Assembly: GCA_964617525.1 (NCBI GenBank)
Contig: CAZTWG010000014.1
Coordinates: forward strand, 1,808 to 10,959
Direction: 5' to 3'
Source of the DNA: an uncultured Gammaproteobacteria bacterium
GTDB taxonomy: Bacteria > Patescibacteriota > Patescibacteriia > UBA2591 > UBA6264
Length of the DNA: 9,152 nt
Made by a program: the position numbers and the translations under genes. Shown here in pieces: positions 1-5,632 of the stretch. Below the pieces are notes generated by a model, which did no database searches, had not been told where the DNA came from, and saw nothing but the letters and a program-made list of their open reading frames with translations. Each line of letters opens with the position of its first letter. Positions within the stretch are counted from its first letter, which is position 1.

Positions 1-1
1 T

Positions 2-1036
2 AAAAACCCTAACCAAATAAAAGAAATTCCATTTAACAAAGAATTGATGAATAAAATAAACAAAGAAAAAGAAATATTAAATAAAAAAATAAAAATAATC
101 AACGAAAAATTAGAAAAGGCTAGCAAAAAAATGGAAAAATTTTCCGAAGAAACAAACGCTAAAGAAAAAGAAATGGTTTTCTGGCAAAAAGATATGCATT
201 ATCGGCAAACAAAACTAGAGAAAATAGATTCTCAAATAAATGAACTTAAAGTTGAGCTAGCTCGTTGGGAAACAAGAGAACAGGCCCTAGAGGAAGAGAT
301 AGAAAACGAGATGAAGGACGAGAGTACAAAAATTAAAATGTTAAGAGATGAATATGAAGAAAAAAATTATCAACCTAACGCCCTTGATCTTGAAAAAATT
401 AACAAATTAAAACATCAACTAGAAATAATTGGGGGGATTGACCCAGAAGTTATAAAGGAATATCCAAAAGTTCGGGACCGTCATGAATTCTTAGAAAAAC
501 AAAGCATTGACTTAGAGGAAAGTATAAAATCGTTGAACAAGATTAGTAATGAACTAGACCAAAAAATAAAAGATCAATTCCAAAAAAGCTTTAGTAGAAT
601 CAATCATGCCTTTAATAGGTATTTTAAAATTATATTTAATGGAGGTGACGCTAGAATAGAATTGTCAGAAATTATTAAAGAAAATGGCAAAAAAGAAAAA
701 AATATTAATATCTTGGCTACTCCTCCTGGTAAAAAAATAAAAAACATATCTATGTTGTCTGGCGGAGAAAAAGCTTTAACTTCCCTGGCCTTAATAGCAT
801 CTATAATATCCATTAACAGACCTCCCTTTGTAATACTAGACGAAGTAGCTACTTCTTTAGACCAAGAAAATTCAACAAGATTTGCTAAAATTATTAAAGA
901 GCTCAGCAACTATACCCAATTTATTGTCATCACTCATAATCAAGAAATAATAGAAATATCAGATATCCTGTATGGAGTAACAATGCAAGAAGACGGAACA
1001 TCTAAATTGCTTTCACTAAAACTGGAAAACTCTTAA
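2..1036 (+). CDS. smc: Chromosome partition protein SMC, C-terminal portion (gene starts upstream of the window)
   Basis: The frame is open from nt 2 with no stop before the TTG at 44, so the ORF-track start is a window-edge artefact. About 200 aa of K/E-rich coiled-coil-like sequence is followed by the ABC/SMC signature LSGGEKALTSLAL, Walker B FVILDEV, and ITHN near the C-terminus. TAA stop at 1034-1036. Confidence 0.85.
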   Translation, partial: KNPNQIKEIPFNKELMNKINKEKEILNKKIKIINEKLEKASKKMEKFSEETNAKEKEMVFWQKDMHYRQTKLEKIDSQINELKVELARWETREQALEEEIENEMKDESTKIKMLRDEYEEKNYQPNALDLEKINKLKHQLEIIGGIDPEVIKEYPKVRDRHEFLEKQSIDLEESIKSLNKISNELDQKIKDQFQKSFSRINHAFNRYFKIIFNGGDARIELSEIIKENGKKEKNINILATPPGKKIKNISMLSGGEKALTSLALIASIISINRPPFVILDEVATSLDQENSTRFAKIIKELSNYTQFIVITHNQEIIEISDILYGVTMQEDGTSKLLSLKLENS

Positions 1037-1050
1037 TTAAAAATAGGAAT

Positions 1051-1084
1051 AGGCAAGCAATACGCTGTCTTTTTTTATTTTTTT
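1051..1084 (+). terminator. Probable intrinsic terminator after smc
   Basis: Hairpin AGGC(A)AGC / GCUGUCU: 1051-1054 plus 1056-1058 pair with 1064-1070. That is 8 bp with one G-U and one bulge, loop AAUAC. It is followed directly by T7-A-T7 (1071-1085). The G-U becomes a C-A mismatch on the minus strand, so the hairpin favours the + strand. Confidence 0.55.
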
Positions 1085-1097
1085 AAAATACTTTACT

Positions 1098-1122
1098 TAT
1101 CCTCCCCTTGATTATATCCTCC
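1098..1122. repeat. Direct repeat TATCCTCC x2 (1098-1105 and 1115-1122), reading GGAGGATA on the minus strand
   Basis: Two exact 8-mers spaced 17 nt apart in the 92-bp convergent smc/mgtE spacer, immediately 3' of the mgtE stop codon. Function unknown. Confidence 0.8.
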
Positions 1123-1128
1123 ACAAAT

Positions 1129-2481
1129 TTAAACAATAAATTTTATTAATAAGGTTGCTAACCCTAAAAACAACACAAATCCTCCTATATCTGTAGCAGT
1201 AGTAACAAAAATTGATGAGCCCAGTGCTGGGTCTAATTTTAACTTTCTTAGAACAAGGGGCACTAAAGATCCAAACAAACCCGCGATAATTAAATTTCCA
1301 ACAATGGCTAGAAATATAACCAAACTTAATACCAAATTATGATACCAAAGAAAAGTTATCCCAGCCATAATTAAACCAATAGTCAAACCATTCAAAAGCC
1401 CTATTTTAATCTCCTTAAAAACTATTTTAAACCCCAAGCGCCAATCTATTTCTCCCAAAGCTAAACCACGTGCCACAACTACTAAAGATTGAGTGCCTGC
1501 ATTGCCTCCCATGCCAGCTACTATCGGAAGAAGAGTAGCTAAAACAATGTATTGACTGATTGTTTCTTCAAATAGACTAATAGACAAAGCAGCTAAAATG
1601 CAAGTCAAAAGATTGAGAGTCAACCAAGGAAGCCTTAATTTGGTGGATTTTATGGCTGAGGTAGAAACATGTTCTTCTGTACTAAGATTAGCTAAATGAT
1701 AAATATCTTCTGTCGCTTCTTCGTACAAAACATCAATAGCATCGTCAACTGTAACCTGTCCTACTAAACGGTGGCTGTCATCTACAACTGGCAAAGAAAG
1801 CAAATTATATTTTGCAATCATTGAACTAGCGTCTTCTTGGGTTTGGTCAACAGTAATTGATATTGGTTCTTTTTGCATTAATTCTGACAACTTCTCGTCT
1901 CCCTTAGAAAGAACAAGTTGCCTAAAAGAAATAACCCCGACCAACTGTTCGTGACTATTGACAACATAGATATAAAGCACTTCCGACCTTCTTTCTTGTT
2001 GCTTTAAAAGCCTAATAGCCTTTTCCGATGATATATGCTCGGGGAAAGCCAAAAAATCCGTAGTCATAATGCCACCAGCGGTATTGGGAGCAAATCCTAA
2101 TAATTTTGACACTACTATTCTTTGTGGCTTAGTTAGCTGTTTCAAGAGAGACTGTCTTTGTTCTTCTCTCAATGCTAAAAGTAAATCCGCTGCATCATCT
2201 GGTCCCATTGATTCTAACGCATCAACTAAATTCTGTTCGCTTATCAAAGAAACGAATTGAGTAGCAATATCGTCTTCCATTTCAGAAATAACTAATGCTA
2301 ACTTATGACTTTTTAAAATACTATCAGCAAACCACTTCTTTTCCTTTTCAGATAAATAATAAAACAGAGTAGCCAAATCTGCTGGTTGAGTTTTTTGGAG
2401 AATATTAAAGGCTAGGGCATAGGCATGATGTCTAACCAAACGTAAAAAAATCTTTTGCATTTTGTTTAAGGATTCATCCAT
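1129..2481 (-). CDS. mgtE: Magnesium transporter MgtE
   Basis: 450 aa with an N-terminal MgtE-N-like helical region and a central CBS-pair-like region (for example VGVISFRQLV and VGQVTVDDAIDVL). The C-terminal membrane domain carries the conserved GGNAGTQS motif and a DxGG-containing last helix. TAA stop. Confidence 0.93.
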   Translation of the reverse strand: MDESLNKMQKIFLRLVRHHAYALAFNILQKTQPADLATLFYYLSEKEKKWFADSILKSHKLALVISEMEDDIATQFVSLISEQNLVDALESMGPDDAADLLLALREEQRQSLLKQLTKPQRIVVSKLLGFAPNTAGGIMTTDFLAFPEHISSEKAIRLLKQQERRSEVLYIYVVNSHEQLVGVISFRQLVLSKGDEKLSELMQKEPISITVDQTQEDASSMIAKYNLLSLPVVDDSHRLVGQVTVDDAIDVLYEEATEDIYHLANLSTEEHVSTSAIKSTKLRLPWLTLNLLTCILAALSISLFEETISQYIVLATLLPIVAGMGGNAGTQSLVVVARGLALGEIDWRLGFKIVFKEIKIGLLNGLTIGLIMAGITFLWYHNLVLSLVIFLAIVGNLIIAGLFGSLVPLVLRKLKLDPALGSSIFVTTATDIGGFVLFLGLATLLIKFIV

Positions 2482-2487
2482 ATTTTT

Positions 2488-2517
2488 ATTATATCATTTT
2501 TTTTATTTAAACAACAA
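2488..2517 (-). promoter_or_regulatory. Candidate sigma70-type promoter for mgtE with extended -10 (TGATATAAT)
   Basis: On the minus strand the sequence reads TTGTTG (2512-2517), an 18-nt spacer, then TGaTATAAT (2488-2496). The -10 hexamer ends 6 nt before the mgtE ATG, which puts the predicted +1 on or next to the A of ATG (2481). AT-rich DNA produces TATAAT-like hexamers by chance, so confidence is low. Confidence 0.35.
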
Positions 2518-2527
2518 TTTTCGACGA

Positions 2528-2570
2528 GAAACCCGCTTATCAACATCAACTAGCGGTTTTATATTTTTAT
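2528..2570. other. GC-cored hairpin flanked by an A-tract and a T-tract, 45-90 nt upstream of the mgtE start
   Basis: On the + strand CCGCU (2533-2537) pairs with AGCGG (2552-2556), extended by A-U pairs after a 1-nt bulge, with a 14-nt loop. TTTTATATTTTTAT follows on the + strand. On the minus strand the stem is followed only by UUUCU. The pairing is seen directly; any role as terminator or attenuator is unproven. Confidence 0.4.
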
Positions 2571-2977
2571 ACTGCACTAAACAATTGAACCAAAATAACA
2601 TCCAAAACAAACCCTAAAAGAATTAATTTTGCCACTTTCTACTAAATAAAAATTTTATTAGTTAATAAACACAAGTAAACTAAAATACAACTACTAAAAA
2701 CATAAATACAGTAATGTTACTTTCGAATCAATCAAAGAGCCTCAACTATAGTTATTCCTAACCAGAAAGCAATAGCCTTTGAGTTTTCCTCTCTGAGAAA
2801 ACGCAAAGAATTGATTAACAAAGTTTTCAATATTTCGCAAGACAAGACTGTACTCATAACAAAAAAGCTTCAATTAGAATAAAACAGAATAAACTATGAG
2901 CTAAAGGACGAAATCATAGTCCAATCGCATATAAGGTTGCTGAAGAAATTAAAAAAACTCTTTCCCTATTGACTAAC

Positions 2978-3116
2978 AAAAAAATAGTAATTATCCCCTT
3001 TATCATATTATATTCTCTTCTCGGTTTATTAATGGGTTAAAGTCAAAACTCCTTAGGTTTAACCCAGGAGCCATTAGAGGTTAATAAATAACGAAAATTT
3101 AGTTGGAATAATTACT
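2978..3116 (-). ncRNA. Candidate structured RNA element: ~130-nt extended hairpin of four nested helices followed by U7
   Basis: Helices in + coordinates: P1 2986-2997/3105-3116 (12 bp), P2 3018-3023/3092-3097 (6 bp), P3 3025-3032/3081-3088 (8 bp), P4 3034-3041/3058-3065 (8 bp, GGGTTAAA/TTTAACCC). The single imperfect position in each of P1 and P2 is a G-U on the minus strand but a C-A mismatch on the + strand. On the minus strand P1 is followed by A-UUUUUUU (2978-2985). No known family recognised. Confidence 0.3.
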
Positions 3117-3318
3117 CTTTTAACGATATTTGCCAACTGGACCGATCAAATGAAATAGCACAAAAAAAAGAACATCACGAAATGGATACTAAGATCTTCA
3201 CCATTAACCTTATAAGTCCACCCAAATTATCCAATCATTGATTTTTTAGTTTATTTCAATCTATTTTGAAAATTATTACTATATCTATATAAGACGATAT
3301 AAAAATAAATCTTACAAC

Positions 3319-3347
3319 AAAAAAAGACAAAAAATATATTGTCTTTT
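3319..3347 (-). terminator. Intrinsic terminator at the end of the mreB-containing operon (bidirectional in shape)
   Basis: Begins 15 nt after the mreB TAG. Stem AAAGACAA (3323-3330) pairs with TTGTCTTT (3339-3346) around an 8-nt loop. On the minus strand a run of Ts follows (UUGUCUUUUUUUGUUG). The stem has only two G-C pairs, as is common in AT-rich genomes. Confidence 0.6.
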
Positions 3348-3361
3348 ATTTACACCTAAGT

Positions 3362-4393
3362 CTAATCTCGAGCTGAAGGAATAATTACTGGTTTAAGGTT
3401 GTCGAAATCTTCTAAAATCAATCCTGTCCCACGAATAATCGCCGTAGAGGGATCATCAACTAAACAAACCGAGATATTAATCTTTTTTCTAATCAATTTA
3501 TCTAATCCTTTGAGAAGAGAGGCTCCTCCGGAAAGAACCACTCCCCTTTCATAAATATCAGACACCAATTCTGGAGGAGTAGCTTCAATGGTGTCTTTAA
3601 TACCCTCTATAATTATCTTCAGGGTTGGTAGAATAGCTTCCCTAACCTGAGTATCGGTAATAGTTACTTCTTTTGGTAGTCCACTAACCAAATCCCTTCC
3701 TTTGATTTTCATATCTTGGGCCTTACCTACCGACGCAGCAGAACCTATCTTTATTTTGATTTCTTCAGCTGTTTGTTGCCCCAGAAGAATGCCAAACTTT
3801 TCTTTAACATAATTAATGATATTTTTACTCATTAATTCTCCTCCTATCTTTAGTGATTTATGGGCTACAATCCCATTTAAAGAAATTACCGCTATTTCAG
3901 AAAGCCCTCCACCCAATTCAACTATCAAGTTCCCAATTGATTCTTGCACTGGCAAACGAGATCCAATGGCAGCAGCAACTGGTCTTTCTACTAAAAAAAC
4001 CTCACGAGCCCCAGCCTGTAAAATAACATCTTCTAAAGATTTTTTTTCTACTTCTGTTACTTCTAGAGGAATAGAGGCAACTACCCTTGGGCGTGGAATT
4101 AAAGTAAAACCTTCATGATGAACTTTGTTAAAAATCAATTTAAGCATTTTCTCTGTTATCTCGAAATCTGAAATTACACCATTAACCAAAGGTTTAATGA
4201 TTGAAATATGCCCAGGAGCTTTGCCCAACATCCTTAAAGCATTATTGCCAATAGCTACTACCTGGTCATTTCTAGTATTAATAGCCATAATCGTTGACTC
4301 ATTAACAACTAAACCCCTTCCCTGTACATAAACACGGGTATTTGTTGTTCCTATATCTAAGCCAATATCTTTAGAAAAAAATCTTTTAAACAT
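3362..4393 (-). CDS. mreB: Rod shape-determining actin homologue MreB
   Basis: 343 aa. N-terminal phosphate-1 motif DIGLDIGTTNTRVY, plus LIVELGGGLSEIAVIS and VLSGGASLLKGLDKLI, all typical of MreB/actin-fold ATPases. The start ATG lies 1 nt after the proS stop. TAG stop. Confidence 0.95.
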   Translation of the reverse strand: MFKRFFSKDIGLDIGTTNTRVYVQGRGLVVNESTIMAINTRNDQVVAIGNNALRMLGKAPGHISIIKPLVNGVISDFEITEKMLKLIFNKVHHEGFTLIPRPRVVASIPLEVTEVEKKSLEDVILQAGAREVFLVERPVAAAIGSRLPVQESIGNLIVELGGGLSEIAVISLNGIVAHKSLKIGGELMSKNIINYVKEKFGILLGQQTAEEIKIKIGSAASVGKAQDMKIKGRDLVSGLPKEVTITDTQVREAILPTLKIIIEGIKDTIEATPPELVSDIYERGVVLSGGASLLKGLDKLIRKKINISVCLVDDPSTAIIRGTGLILEDFDNLKPVIIPSARD

Positions 4394-4394
4394 A

Positions 4395-5627
4395 CTAATT
4401 TAGTTTAGCTAATAATTGTTTAAATGTAAACAATTCACTCTTCTTTTGACTTCTTTTTTTATATTCTATTTTCGTGCCTGATTTCTTACTAACCACCAAT
4501 CTAATCGGAATGCCAATTAAATCAGAATCCTTCAATTTAACGCCCGCTGATTCAGAGCGGTCGTCAAGCAAAACATCGAAACCTAACGATTCTAATTTTT
4601 TATAAATTTCTTGAACTTTTTTAAAAATTATTTTATCATCCAGGTCTAATCCTAATAAATGAATGTCAAAAGGAGACACACTGGCTGGCCAAATGATTCC
4701 ATTCTGGTCATAATTTAATTCTACTATAGTAGCCATAAGCCTCTCTAGCCCGATGCCATAACAACCGGCGATAATTGGTTGCTTTTGCCCATCCCTATCA
4801 ATAAAAAAAGCTTTCATTCTCTTACTATAAACGGAGCCTAGTTTGAATATATGCCCCACCTCAATGCCCTTTTTAGAAATTAATTTATTTTTGCATTTTG
4901 GGCAAAATAAATCTTGAATACCTACTTCTGAATTAACGGCCCATTTGCATTTTTCACAAAACAAAAGATTATCTTCGCCTGATTCGGCTAAAATCATAAA
5001 TTCATTAGACGTGTTCCCACCAATCGTTCCAGAAGAAGCATCAACAATTACCGGGTCTAGCCCGCAACGACGATAAATTCTTTTATAAACCTCGCTTACC
5101 TTTAAATAATAAGAATCCAAATCCTTACTTGAGGCATGAAAGCTATACATATCTTTCATTACAAATTCTCTGGTACGCAATAAACCAGCTGTAGGTCTCA
5201 GTTCATTTCTAAATTTATTTTGAATTTGGAAAACATATTTTGGCAAATCTTTGTATGATTCAATAAAAGAATTTACTATCTTAGTCACAACCTCCTCATG
5301 AGTTGAGCCCAAAACCAAACATTTATTATGTCTATCTTTTATTTTAAATAAAGGCGGGTCTATTGTATCCCAACGACCACTTTCTACCCACAATTCTTTC
5401 GGCTGCAAACTTGGCATCCTTAGCTCCTCTCCACCAATAGAACATATCTCTTCTCTGATAATATTTTCAATCTTTTGATAAACCCTAAAACCCAAAGGTA
5501 AAAGAGACCAAACTCCACTAGTTAACTGTTGAATGTATCCTCCACGAACTAAAAATCTATGACTAATTGCGACACTATCTTTAGGGTCTTTACGTAAAGT
5601 TTTGGTTAAAAAATTAGATTGTAACAT
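4395..5627 (-). CDS. proS: Prolyl-tRNA synthetase, bacterial-type catalytic core without the INS editing domain
   Basis: 410 aa. The N-terminus aligns by eye with E. coli ProRS (ISHRFLVRGGYI vs ISHQLMLRAGMI). Class II motif 2 FRNELRPTAGLLRTREFVMKDMYSF and motif 3 GCYGIGLERLMAT are present, and a C-terminal anticodon-binding domain is present. About 160 aa shorter than E. coli ProRS, with the difference at the INS position. Confidence 0.93.
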   Translation of the reverse strand: MLQSNFLTKTLRKDPKDSVAISHRFLVRGGYIQQLTSGVWSLLPLGFRVYQKIENIIREEICSIGGEELRMPSLQPKELWVESGRWDTIDPPLFKIKDRHNKCLVLGSTHEEVVTKIVNSFIESYKDLPKYVFQIQNKFRNELRPTAGLLRTREFVMKDMYSFHASSKDLDSYYLKVSEVYKRIYRRCGLDPVIVDASSGTIGGNTSNEFMILAESGEDNLLFCEKCKWAVNSEVGIQDLFCPKCKNKLISKKGIEVGHIFKLGSVYSKRMKAFFIDRDGQKQPIIAGCYGIGLERLMATIVELNYDQNGIIWPASVSPFDIHLLGLDLDDKIIFKKVQEIYKKLESLGFDVLLDDRSESAGVKLKDSDLIGIPIRLVVSKKSGTKIEYKKRSQKKSELFTFKQLLAKLN

Positions 5628-5632
5628 ATAAA

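Noticed and set aside
44-46. The TTG at 44 offered as the smc start codon.
   Set aside because: The same frame is open back to nt 2, and the product is only the C-terminal third of an SMC protein. The real start must lie upstream of the window.
604-909. 101-codon ORF antisense to smc in the ORF track. The same applies to 2069-2260 (+) inside mgtE, 3816-4118 and 4125-4331 (+) inside mreB, 5807-5992 (+) inside rseP, 6969-7226 (+) inside frr, and 8199-8420 (+) inside the lipoprotein gene.
   Set aside because: All lie fully within confidently identified genes on the opposite strand and have low-complexity, motif-free translations. They look like typical shadow ORFs of AT-rich coding sequence. 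There is no independent support for them.
2520-2526. tmRNA, RNase P RNA or tRNA in the ORF-free island. The hints were UUCGACG on the + strand (2520-2526), GAGAGGAAAACUC on the minus strand (2781-2793, vaguely like the RNase P GAGGAAAGUCC), and CAGUUGG on the minus strand (3133-3139, D-loop-like).
   Set aside because: There is no GGGG 5' end, T-arm or CCA-proximal acceptor pairing for tmRNA. The RNase P-like string has three mismatches and no matching P4 partner (ACAGAA..GGCUUA). No cloverleaf can be drawn around the D-loop-like string.
2695-2722. dif-like XerCD site. The minus strand reads AAGUAACAUUA-CUGUAU-UUAUGUUUUUA, sharing TTATGTT and a partial ACATTA/TTATGT dyad with dif.
   Set aside because: Only about 7 of 11 positions of the XerD arm and 4 of 11 of the XerC arm match the E. 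coli consensus by eye, and the conserved outer AAAT/AACT is missing. TTATGT-type strings are common in AT-rich DNA.
2737-2762. Possible M-box (ykoK) Mg2+ riboswitch upstream of mgtE. The minus strand reads GUUAGG-12 nt-UGAGGCUC, reminiscent of the GUUAGGUGAGGCUC core.
   Set aside because: The two halves are split by a 12-nt insertion. The other conserved M-box segments are not present downstream; for example the 3' GUGCUAAA..CUC.ACGA element is missing and only AGUGCAGUAUAAAA is found. The intervening sequence is far too A/U-rich to form the three-helix core.
2732-2857. 41-codon minus-strand ORF (MSTVLSCEILKTLLINSLRFLREENSKAIAFWLGITIVEAL).
   Set aside because: It has no recognisable motif and no distinctive upstream signal. 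ORFs of this length are expected by chance in 880 nt. It is kept only as something to test for conservation.
3191-3216. Two 8-bp perfect palindromes, AAGATCTT (3191-3198) and CTTATAAG (3209-3216), as possible operator sites.
   Set aside because: By my rough estimate, several 8-bp palindromes are expected by chance in 880 bp of this composition. The two sequences are unrelated to each other, and no regulator gene is adjacent.
2537-3235. DnaA-box-like 9-mers that might indicate an origin: TTATCAACA at 2537-2545, TTATCCCCT at 2991-2999, TTATCCAAT at 3227-3235.
   Set aside because: There are three boxes with 1-2 mismatches spread over 700 bp of AT-rich DNA, which is about chance level. No dnaA or dnaN is nearby. 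The six genes to the right are all transcribed toward this region, the opposite of the co-orientation expected at an origin.
2817-3345. Alternative genetic code. One minus-strand frame across the island is interrupted mostly by TGA (7 TGA against 4 TAA up to about 2817), which would suggest a UGA-recoded gene.
   Set aside because: The eight flanking genes are intact under the standard code, with no in-frame TGA across roughly 2900 codons. The TGA excess is not significant for this base composition. The read-through translation is low-complexity, and the frame runs through the mreB terminator.
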